Shown piece after piece: positions 24,581 through 32,000 of a DNA stretch of 32,000 bases. The notes under the pieces are model-generated. The model saw only the letters and a program-made list of their open reading frames with translations. It did not search any database and was not told the DNA's origin. The stretch's first letter is position 1. Each line of letters begins with the position of its first letter. This stretch comes from Roseateles amylovorans (GTDB lineage: Bacteria > Pseudomonadota > Gammaproteobacteria > Burkholderiales > Burkholderiaceae_C). The translations under genes and the position numbers were made by a program. Location: positions 1,183,602 to 1,215,601 of the forward strand of contig NZ_CP104562.2 of NCBI RefSeq assembly GCF_025398155.2. Reading direction: 5' to 3'.

Positions 24581-25282
24581 ATGGCAGACCTCAAAAATAT
24601 GGATCTGAACGCGTGGTTCGCGGATTTCTCGAGCCAGTTCCAGAATCTCGATCCCAAGAAGCCCGGCCAGTGGCCGCCCGCCCCGAAGATCTTCGCCTAC
24701 CTGATGGTGGTGATTCTGGTGGTCGTGGCCAGCTGGTTCGCGCTGCTGTCGGACGTGAACGACCAACTCGAGGCTGAAAAGGCCCGCGAGCCGCAGCTCA
24801 AGGAAGACTACCGGGGCAAGCTGGCCCAGGCGGTCAACCTGCCGGAACTGCGCAAGCAGAAGAGCCAGGTCGAGGAATACGTGCTGCAGCTTGAGAAGCA
24901 GCTTCCCGGCAAGGCCGAGATGGATGCGCTGCTGTCCGACATCAACCAGGCGGGCCTGGGTCGTGGTCTTCAATTCGAACTGTTCCGTCCCGGTCAGATC
25001 GTGATGAAGGACTACTACGCCGAGCAGCCGATCTCGTTGAAGGTGTCGGGTCGCTATCACGACATCGGATCGTTCACGGCGGATGTCTCGAACCTCTCCC
25101 GGATCGTGACCCTGCATGACCTGAACATCCAGGCGCCGACCAACAACTCCAATGTCAAGGTGGACCCGAACGGCAACCTGACCATGGAAGCGATCGCCCG
25201 GACCTACCGTTATCTGGATCCGGCCGAGGTCGAAGAACAGAAACGGGTCGCCCGTGAAGCGGCAGCAGGGAAGAGGAAATGA
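24581..25282 (+). CDS. pilO: type IV pilus assembly protein PilO
   Basis: Met14 of ORF 24542..25282, after GAGGA. It has a TM helix (IFAYLMVVILVVVASWFALL), a coiled coil and a PilO core. Confidence 0.9.
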   Translation: MADLKNMDLNAWFADFSSQFQNLDPKKPGQWPPAPKIFAYLMVVILVVVASWFALLSDVNDQLEAEKAREPQLKEDYRGKLAQAVNLPELRKQKSQVEEYVLQLEKQLPGKAEMDALLSDINQAGLGRGLQFELFRPGQIVMKDYYAEQPISLKVSGRYHDIGSFTADVSNLSRIVTLHDLNIQAPTNNSNVKVDPNGNLTMEAIARTYRYLDPAEVEEQKRVAREAAAGKRK

Positions 25283-25836
25283 TGCGCGCCACCCTGATGA
25301 CACGCATCCTGTCTAGCCGGATGCTGGCGCTCGGACTGTGCGGCACGCTGCTGGCGGGCTGCACTTCGAGCACCGATGAACTGCAGCAATGGATGGAAGA
25401 GCAGCGCCAACAGACGCGCCCGACCGTCAAGCCGCTGCAGCCGCCCAAGAAGTTCCTGCCGGAACCCTATGCGGCAATGAATGCGGTGGAGCCCTTCAGC
25501 ACCCAGAAGCTGAGCGTGGCGCTCAAGGCCGAGGCCTCTCAGCCCAGCTCCTTGCTGGCGGCCGAGATGAAGCGTCGCCGCGAGCCGCTGGAGGCTTATC
25601 CGCTGGACAACATGTCGATGGTGGGCAGCGTGAACCGTGGCGGACGCCCGTATGCGCTGCTGCGTGTGGAAAGCCTGCTGTATTACGTCAAGGCGGGTGA
25701 CTACCTGGGCCAGAACTTTGGCCGCATCACCAAGATCAGTGAAACCGAGATCACGTTGCGAGAAGTCGTCCAGGACGCTGCGGGCGAATGGATTGAACGC
25801 ACCAGTACTCTCCAGCTACAGGAGCAGGGACGATGA
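25279..25836 (+). CDS. pilP: type IV pilus assembly lipoprotein PilP
   Basis: The ATG overlaps the pilO stop (ATGA). It has a lipobox (LLAG-C) and a C-terminal beta domain (YLGQNFGRITKISETEITLRE). Confidence 0.9.
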   Translation: MMRATLMTRILSSRMLALGLCGTLLAGCTSSTDELQQWMEEQRQQTRPTVKPLQPPKKFLPEPYAAMNAVEPFSTQKLSVALKAEASQPSSLLAAEMKRRREPLEAYPLDNMSMVGSVNRGGRPYALLRVESLLYYVKAGDYLGQNFGRITKISETEITLREVVQDAAGEWIERTSTLQLQEQGR

Positions 25837-28082
25837 AGACTTTTGTGGAGAACGCTGACATGAGCGCCCGATCGAGCGACCCCAAGAGGGAAGGGAAAAG
25901 CGTCTTGAAGAGCCGCATCGGCGCCTGGCGACTGCTGGCCTGTGCCATGGGTATGGCGGCACTGCTGCCTGTCCAGGCATTGGCGCAGAACATGATCCGC
26001 TCCATCACGTCGACCCAGCAATCGGGTGCCGACGTGGTCCGCATCGAGATGTCGCAGCCGCTGACCGAAGTGCCGCGCGGCTTCGCCGTGCAAGTGCCTC
26101 CGCGTATCGCGCTGGACATGGCCGGCGTGAGCAACGGCCTGGGCCGCAACTCGGTGGACATCAACAGCGGCAACATGCGTTCCGCGAATGTGGCCCAAGC
26201 CGGTGACCGTACCCGTGTGGTGCTGAACCTGCGTCAAGCCAGCACCTACCGCGCCCAGATTCAGGACAGCTCGCTGCTGGTCTTCCTGGATCCGGCCGGT
26301 GGCGCTGCTGCGCCTGCCGCCGCCGCCAGCACGGCGGTGACCACCGAGCCGCTGCATTTCGCCCCGAGCCAGAACGCCACGACGCAAGCGCTGCAGGACA
26401 TCGATTTCCGCCGTGGCGCGGATGGTGCCGGCCGCGTGGTCGTGAACCTGCCGAGCAGCCAGATCGGCGTCGACATCCAGCAGCAGGGCCAGACCCTGGT
26501 GGTGGAGTTCCCGCGCAGTTCGCTGCCGGAGCGCCTGCGCCGTCGCCTGGATGTGACCGATTTCGGCACGCCGGTGCAGACCGTGGTGGCCACCCAGCAA
26601 GCCGATCGGGTGCGCCTGGTCGTGACGCCCAAGGGCAACTGGGAGCACAGCGCCTATCAGAGCGACAACCAGTTCGTGCTGGAAGTGCGCCCGCAGAAGG
26701 TCGACCCTAACAAGCTGACGCAAGGTCCGGGCTATGCCGGCGACAAGCTCAGCCTGAACTTCCAGAACATTGATGTCCGCGCGCTGCTGCAGGTCATCGC
26801 CGACTTCACCAACTTCAACGTGGTGACCAGCGACACCGTGACCGGCAACGTGACCCTGCGTCTGAAGGACGTGCCTTGGGATCAGGCGCTGGACATCATC
26901 CTGCAGGCCAAGGGCCTGGGCATGCGCAAGTCCGGCAATGTGCTGTGGATTGCGCCGAAGGACGAACTGGCCAACAAGGAAAAGGCCGATCTCGAAGCCA
27001 AGCAGCAGATCACCCAGCTGGAGCCGCTGCGCACGCAGTCCTTCCAGATGAACTACACCAAGGCCGAGGAAGTGGCCAAGGGACTGACGGGTCAGAACAG
27101 TGCCGGCGGTGCTGGTGGCAGCAGCCAGGCCTCTCGCATCCTGTCGCCGCGCGGCAGCGTGATCTTCGAAACGCGCACCAACCAGCTGTTCATCACGGAC
27201 GTGCCGGCCAAGCTGGAAGAGATCCAGGCGCTGATCGCCAAGATCGACATTCCGGTTCGTCAGGTGCTGATCGAAGCCCGTATCGTCGAAGCCGACGACC
27301 GCTTCGGCCGCGCTCTGGGCGTGAAGCTCGGCGCCTCTGACCTGCGCGGTCAGCAAGGTGGCATCCCCGGCTACAACGTCGGTGGCAGCAACTACCTGAC
27401 GATTGGCGGCAACTACAACGCCGTTGGTGGACAGACCGGTCAGACGGGGACGGTCAGCTACAGCGACAGCCAATTCGTCAATCTGCCTGCCAACGTGTCG
27501 TCGGATGCCTTCGCCGGGACGTCGGCTGCGAACTTCGCGCTGTCCTTGTTCAGCGCCACCGCCAACCGGTTCCTGAATCTGGAAATCTCGGCACTGGAAG
27601 CCGATGGCCGCGGCAAGATCGTGTCCAGCCCGCGTGTCGTGACGGCAGACCAGACCAAGGCGCTGATCGAGCAGGGTGAAGAAATCCCTTACCAGCAAGC
27701 CACGTCCAGCGGCGCGACCTCCATCAGCTTCAAGAAGGCTGTGCTGAAGCTGGAAGTCACGCCGCAGATCACGCCGGAAGGCAACGTGATCCTGACGGTG
27801 GATGTCAATAAGGACAGCCGCGGTACGCTGACGCCTGGCGGCTACGCCATCAACAACAAGCATGTGCAGACGCTGGTGCTGGTCGAGAATGGCGGCACCG
27901 TGGTGATCGGCGGTATCTACACGCAGGAAGACCTGGAGAGCGAGAACAAGGTTCCGTACCTGGGTGACATTCCGCTGTTGGGCAACTTGTTCAAGAACAA
28001 GAGCCGCAGCTCGTCGAAGACCGAGTTGCTGATCTTCATCACACCGAAGGTGGTGAACGATCGGGTGTCCGCATCGCGCTGA
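25833..28082 (+). CDS. pilQ: type IV pilus secretin PilQ
   Basis: The ATG overlaps the pilP stop (ATGA). It has two AMIN-like N-terminal repeats and a secretin C-domain (VPYLGDIPLLGNLFK...TELLIFITPKVV). Confidence 0.95.
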   Translation: MKTFVENADMSARSSDPKREGKSVLKSRIGAWRLLACAMGMAALLPVQALAQNMIRSITSTQQSGADVVRIEMSQPLTEVPRGFAVQVPPRIALDMAGVSNGLGRNSVDINSGNMRSANVAQAGDRTRVVLNLRQASTYRAQIQDSSLLVFLDPAGGAAAPAAAASTAVTTEPLHFAPSQNATTQALQDIDFRRGADGAGRVVVNLPSSQIGVDIQQQGQTLVVEFPRSSLPERLRRRLDVTDFGTPVQTVVATQQADRVRLVVTPKGNWEHSAYQSDNQFVLEVRPQKVDPNKLTQGPGYAGDKLSLNFQNIDVRALLQVIADFTNFNVVTSDTVTGNVTLRLKDVPWDQALDIILQAKGLGMRKSGNVLWIAPKDELANKEKADLEAKQQITQLEPLRTQSFQMNYTKAEEVAKGLTGQNSAGGAGGSSQASRILSPRGSVIFETRTNQLFITDVPAKLEEIQALIAKIDIPVRQVLIEARIVEADDRFGRALGVKLGASDLRGQQGGIPGYNVGGSNYLTIGGNYNAVGGQTGQTGTVSYSDSQFVNLPANVSSDAFAGTSAANFALSLFSATANRFLNLEISALEADGRGKIVSSPRVVTADQTKALIEQGEEIPYQQATSSGATSISFKKAVLKLEVTPQITPEGNVILTVDVNKDSRGTLTPGGYAINNKHVQTLVLVENGGTVVIGGIYTQEDLESENKVPYLGDIPLLGNLFKNKSRSSSKTELLIFITPKVVNDRVSASR

Positions 28083-28112
28083 CCCTCGGCAGACAGTTTC
28101 AGTGAGGAAGAC

Positions 28113-28136
28113 ACGGCCCATCTGTTGATGGGCCGT
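28113..28136 (+). promoter_or_regulatory. perfect 10-bp stem-loop in the pilQ-lipoprotein spacer
   Basis: ACGGCCCATC-tgtt-GATGGGCCGT, located 31 nt after the pilQ stop and 20 nt before ATG 28157. No U-tract follows. Confidence 0.5.
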
Positions 28137-28156
28137 TGTCACAGGAGTCGAAAGCA

Positions 28157-29878
28157 ATGAAGAAAATTGATCGTCAGGCCATGTCGGGCCAATTCACCGG
28201 GCGTGTCGCACAGATCGCCTTGACTGCCACGATGGTGGCTGTGCTGACCGCTTGCGGCGGCGGCGGCGGAGACGCCGGCGACCCTGTCATTGGCGGAGGC
28301 ACAGGATCGGGCGGCGCCACGGTGACCGTGTCCGATCTGTCCATGACGCTGGACAAGACCAGCATCACGAACTCGGGCAGCGACACGGTCGTCACCACCT
28401 TGACGGCGGTTGATGCGAATCGCGCCGTGGTGGCCAATGTGCCGGTGAGTTTCTCGGTCAACAACGGTGCGACGATCACGGTCATCAACGCGACCACTGA
28501 CACGACCGGCAAGGCCGTGGCGAACGTTCAGATCGGCGCGGACAAGTCCAATCGTCTGGTCACCGTGACCGCGACCAGTGGATCGTTGACCCGTACGGCC
28601 ACCTTCCAGGTGACCGGTGCGGATCTGGATGCCTCTGCAGTTCCGACGACGCCCACGGCTGGTTCCTCTGGCAATACCGTCCAGTACCGACTGAGCGACG
28701 TCAACGACAACGCGATCGCCAATGCGCCGATCGCAGTCACCGCGCCAGGGCTGACCGCAGCCAACGGCACCACCGATGCCAACGGCGCCTTCACCTTCAC
28801 CTACACCGCACCGACCACGCCGGGTCCGATCGACATCTCCGCGACGGCTGGTGGCGTGACCAAGGTGGCCACGGTGACCGTGCCGTCGACCACGTCGACG
28901 ATTCCGGCAGTGACCACGGTGGTCGCCTCGAGCGCGGTGTCGGCGAATCCGACGGTGCTCAATGTCAACAGCACCGGCATCACCACCAATCGCGCCGAAC
29001 TGCGTGCGCTGTTCCTGGGCGCGAACAATTCGCCGATCAAGAACATTCGTGTTCGCTTCGACATGAATGGCGATGTGAACAGCATCGGTGGCACGATCAG
29101 CTCCGGCAGCGCACTGGTCTATACGGACAGTGCTGGTGCGGCAACGACCAGCTACTACCCGGCCTCGCGGCCCAGCCCGACCAATGGCGTGACGATCCGT
29201 GCGTGCTGGGACTACGCCGATTTCGCGGCGACCGCTTGCCCCAACACGCTCACCACCACCCTGACGGTGGTGTCGGATCCGTTGTCGATCAGCATTGGCA
29301 CCGACAACACCCTCGCCGAAGGCACGAGCAAGCTGACCTATGTGAAGCGGTTTGTGGTTCTTGTGGTGGACGCGGCCGGCAATCCCAAGGCCGACGTGCA
29401 GATTACGCCGTCGCTGGACCTCACGTCTTACATGAAGGGCGCTTACGCAGTCTCTGGGACATCGTGGTCGGCCTTCCACTCGCTGGATGGCGTGACGACG
29501 GGTGGTCGAAGCGAGCCCTGCCTGAACGAGGATTTGAACCGCAACGGCTCCATCGATACCGGTGATGACAAGAACCTCAACGGGCAACTGGATCCGCGCA
29601 AGTCTGACGCCTCCATCAGCTTTGAAGGTGCGACCAAGACTGACTCCAGCGGCACTGCGGTGATCAAGTTGGAGTACCCCAAGAGCGTGGCCACCTGGGT
29701 GAATTACACGGTGACCGTGTCGGCCTTTGGCGTGCTGAGCCCGCCTGCGACCTACAGCTCGACCTTGTCCGCATTGGCGACTGATTTCACCAGCGCCACG
29801 GTGTCGCCTGCCTTCCAGGTCAGCCCGTACGGAACCACTCGCCTCTCCGGTGAAAGCTACTGCTCGACCAGAGACTGA
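28157..29878 (+). CDS. uncharacterised lipoprotein with bacterial Ig-like (Big_1/invasin-type) repeats and a Cys-containing C-terminal domain
   Basis: The ORF begins at TTG 28136. I prefer ATG 28157, which has AGGAG 9 nt upstream. It has a signal peptide with a lipobox (AVLTA-C), a Gly-rich linker, and at least three roughly 90-aa T/V/A/S/N-rich repeats. No characterised homologue is recognised. Confidence 0.85.
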   Translation: MKKIDRQAMSGQFTGRVAQIALTATMVAVLTACGGGGGDAGDPVIGGGTGSGGATVTVSDLSMTLDKTSITNSGSDTVVTTLTAVDANRAVVANVPVSFSVNNGATITVINATTDTTGKAVANVQIGADKSNRLVTVTATSGSLTRTATFQVTGADLDASAVPTTPTAGSSGNTVQYRLSDVNDNAIANAPIAVTAPGLTAANGTTDANGAFTFTYTAPTTPGPIDISATAGGVTKVATVTVPSTTSTIPAVTTVVASSAVSANPTVLNVNSTGITTNRAELRALFLGANNSPIKNIRVRFDMNGDVNSIGGTISSGSALVYTDSAGAATTSYYPASRPSPTNGVTIRACWDYADFAATACPNTLTTTLTVVSDPLSISIGTDNTLAEGTSKLTYVKRFVVLVVDAAGNPKADVQITPSLDLTSYMKGAYAVSGTSWSAFHSLDGVTTGGRSEPCLNEDLNRNGSIDTGDDKNLNGQLDPRKSDASISFEGATKTDSSGTAVIKLEYPKSVATWVNYTVTVSAFGVLSPPATYSSTLSALATDFTSATVSPAFQVSPYGTTRLSGESYCSTRD

Positions 29879-30476
29879 CCTGCCTGCAGGAAGGCCCTTG
29901 ATCCTGACCCTGGTCGGCATGCCCGGCGGTGGCAAATCCACCGTCGGCCGTTTGCTGGGCAGGCAGCTGGACATCCCCTTCGTCGACTCCGACGCCGAGA
30001 TCGAAAAACATCTCGGCGGCGAGTCGATCAAGGACTACTTCGCCCGCATGGGCGAAGTTTCGTTTCGGGACGTCGAATCACAGGTCATCGCCGAGCTGTT
30101 GAAGCGTCAGGGTGAGATGGTCCTGGCGACCGGTGGTGGCGCCGTGTTGCGTGAGATCAACCGCGACCGGCTCCATCAGCTTTCGACAGTGGTGTATCTG
30201 CGCTCGTCGCCGGACGAACTCTTCCGTCGTCTTCGACACGACACCCAACGCCCGCTTCTGCAGGTGCCCAATCCCTTGGGCAAGCTGCGTGAGCTCTATG
30301 CGCAGCGGGATCCGCTCTACCGACGCTGCGCGCACTTCGTGCTGGAGACGGCTCGCCCCTCGGTGCATGGGCTCGCCAACATGATCCTGATGCAGATCGA
30401 ACTGGCCGGGCTGATCGATCCGGCCCGGGTGGCGGCGACCGTCGGCGCCACCGTCTCGCCCACCCCTTCGGGGTGA
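29850..30476 (+). CDS. aroK: shikimate kinase
   Basis: Walker [15 protein letters not shown], plus DSD and GGG blocks. The ORF opens at GTG 29850, overlapping the lipoprotein gene by 29 nt with no SD. An alternative start is TTG 29898, preceded by AGGAAGG. The stop is secure. Confidence 0.9.
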   Translation: MKATARPETDLPAGRPLILTLVGMPGGGKSTVGRLLGRQLDIPFVDSDAEIEKHLGGESIKDYFARMGEVSFRDVESQVIAELLKRQGEMVLATGGGAVLREINRDRLHQLSTVVYLRSSPDELFRRLRHDTQRPLLQVPNPLGKLRELYAQRDPLYRRCAHFVLETARPSVHGLANMILMQIELAGLIDPARVAATVGATVSPTPSG

Positions 30477-30478
30477 AC

Positions 30479-30511
30479 GACGGGGGAGCGACGGGGGAAC
30501 GACGGGGGAGC
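30479..30511. repeat. 11-bp G-rich tandem repeat, 3 units
   Basis: GACGGGGGAGC, GACGGGGGAAC and GACGGGGGAGC, starting 3 nt after the aroK stop in the aroK-aroB spacer. Confidence 0.9.
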
Positions 30512-30549
30512 GCCGGCAGAGGTCAAGGCGACGCCCGTACACTTGGTTC

Positions 30550-31686
30550 ATGAGTGTTTCGTCCCCTGAGTCTTCCGCGTGCGTGCCGATCGAACTCGGC
30601 GAGCGCAGTTATGAGATCCGCATCGGCCCCGGACTGCTGGACCTTGCCAGTACATGGCAAGGGCTGCCCCGCGCGGCCACGGCGCTGATCGTCACCAACG
30701 ATCGTGTGGGCCCGCTCTATCTCGAACGGCTTCGCACGCAGTTGCAGCCGCACTTCGGACGCATAGATGCCGTCGTGCTGCCGGACGGTGAACAGCACAA
30801 GAGCGCGTCCTCTCTCGATGCGGTGATCGACCACCTGCTCGCGTCAGCGTCTGATCGCAAGACGGTGCTGTTCGCACTGGGCGGTGGCGTGATCGGCGAT
30901 CTGGCCGGCTTCGCTGCCGCCATCTACATGCGAGGCGTGCCCTTTGTGCAGGTCCCGACGACCCTGCTCGCACAGGTCGACTCTTCGGTGGGCGGCAAGA
31001 CGGCGATCAATCACCCCCGCGGCAAGAACATGGTGGGGGCGTTCTACCAGCCCATCCGGGTGGTGGCTGACCTGGACACGCTGGACACGCTGCCCCCGCG
31101 AGAGCTTTCCGCCGGCCTGGCGGAGATCATCAAATACGGCCCCATCGCCGATGCGGCTTTCCTGGACTGGATCGAACACAACCTCGATGCCTTGCTCGAC
31201 CGCGACAAGGCGACGTTGGCCTATGCCGTCAAGCGAAGCTGCGAGATCAAGGCCTGGGTGGTCGGACAGGATGAGCGGGAGTCTGGTCTGCGCGCCATCC
31301 TCAACTTCGGCCACACCTTCGGCCACGCGATCGAGACGGGCCTGGGCTACGGCGCCTGGCTGCATGGCGAAGCCGTGGGCTGCGGCATGGTGCTTGCGTC
31401 GGAACTGTCGGCGCGGCTGGGGTTGATGCCGGCGAGTTTCGTGGACCGGATGCAGCGGCTGATCGAGCGCGCGCGTCTGCCGGTGCTCGCCCCGGCGCTG
31501 GGCCTGGACCGCTATCTCGAGCTGATGCAAGTGGACAAGAAGAATGAGGACGGCGAGATTCGTTTCGTCGTCATCGAAGGCCTGGGCAAGGCGGTCATGC
31601 GCACCGCTTCGAAGACCTTGATTGCCGAGACGCTGGCCGCGCATCTGGACCCCTCGCCCATGGCGGTCCAGCAAACCGATCACTGA
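30550..31686 (+). CDS. aroB: 3-dehydroquinate synthase
   Basis: 378 aa with [47 protein letters not shown] and HGEAVGCG blocks. It follows aroK. Confidence 0.95.
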   Translation: MSVSSPESSACVPIELGERSYEIRIGPGLLDLASTWQGLPRAATALIVTNDRVGPLYLERLRTQLQPHFGRIDAVVLPDGEQHKSASSLDAVIDHLLASASDRKTVLFALGGGVIGDLAGFAAAIYMRGVPFVQVPTTLLAQVDSSVGGKTAINHPRGKNMVGAFYQPIRVVADLDTLDTLPPRELSAGLAEIIKYGPIADAAFLDWIEHNLDALLDRDKATLAYAVKRSCEIKAWVVGQDERESGLRAILNFGHTFGHAIETGLGYGAWLHGEAVGCGMVLASELSARLGLMPASFVDRMQRLIERARLPVLAPALGLDRYLELMQVDKKNEDGEIRFVVIEGLGKAVMRTASKTLIAETLAAHLDPSPMAVQQTDH

Positions 31687-31705
31687 GCGAGATCACTCAC
31701 CGACC

Positions 31706-32000
31706 ATGCTGCGCGCCCCTTATGCCTCTGATCCCGCGCGCAGTCGCGGTCGCCGTCACCCAGAACCGCCGGCACCCACTCGCAGCGAGTTCCAGCGCGA
31801 TCGCGACCGCATCGTCCACAGCAGCGCGTTTCGACGCCTGGTCTACAAGACGCAGGTCTTTCTCAACCATGAGGGCGACCTGTTCCGCACTCGGCTGACC
31901 CATTCGCTGGAGGTGGCCCAACTCGGGCGCTCCATCGGACGGAGCCTGGGCTTGGATGAGGATCTGATCGAGACCGTCGCCCTGGCGCATGACCTCGGCC
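31706..32000 (+). CDS. dgt: dGTPase-family HD-domain protein (deoxyguanosinetriphosphate triphosphohydrolase-like), 5' part only
   Basis: Read by hand from ATG 31706: [98 protein letters not shown]. It is open to the window edge, which is why it is absent from the ORF track. Confidence 0.8.
   Translation, partial: MLRAPYASDPARSRGRRHPEPPAPTRSEFQRDRDRIVHSSAFRRLVYKTQVFLNHEGDLFRTRLTHSLEVAQLGRSIGRSLGLDEDLIETVALAHDLG

Noticed and set aside
25701-28157. 818-aa ORF on the minus strand, antisense to pilQ. The same applies to 28139..30031 (-), 630 aa, antisense to the lipoprotein and aroK genes.
   Set aside because: These are shadow ORFs, typical of high-GC DNA. Their composition is Arg/His/Gly/Asp/Gln-rich with no recognisable motifs. 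They fully overlap sense-strand genes that carry clear family signatures such as secretin, lipobox and Walker A.
28157-29878. Horizontal-transfer or mobile-element origin for the pilQ-adjacent lipoprotein gene.
   Set aside because: There are no flanking direct or inverted repeats, integrase, transposase or tRNA. Codon usage looks similar to the adjacent pil genes by eye. The gene is embedded between co-oriented core genes.

Overview
High-GC proteobacterial chromosome segment, about two-thirds G+C by hand counts. Gene content and synteny look betaproteobacterial or Burkholderiales-like, which is an inference. Almost everything is core housekeeping.

Left to right:
- A type II secretion operon on the minus strand: gspG-H-I-J-K, a 302-bp non-coding gap, gspL-M, and the first codons of one more gene. 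A divergent PDZ-less gspC sits beside it.
- A divergent CobT-family gene with a long leader, then ilvA.
- A roughly 100-nt candidate sRNA bounded by a promoter and a terminator.
- An OsmC-family gene and coq7.
- Two tandem general porins.
- An ABC importer operon (DppB-like permease, M20 amidohydrolase, DppC-like permease, two ATPases) with no binding-protein gene.
- A small LptM/YifL-like lipoprotein gene divergent from cyaY.
- PBP1A (mrcA).
- pilMNOPQ, then a 573-aa Ig-like-repeat lipoprotein gene inserted between pilQ and aroK, then aroK, aroB and the 5' part of a dGTPase-family gene.

I found no rRNA, tRNA, CRISPR array, transposase or integrase.

The most unusual items:
1. The uncharacterised lipoprotein embedded in the otherwise canonical pilQ-aroK junction, including EF-hand/dockerin-like loops.
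2. The candidate sRNA upstream of ilvA.
3. The low-GC gap with an 11-bp periodic array that splits the T2SS operon.
4. The atypical stand-alone CobT-like gene.

I see no clear multi-gene novel system such as a defence island. All functional assignments come from reading motifs and synteny by eye and need database confirmation.
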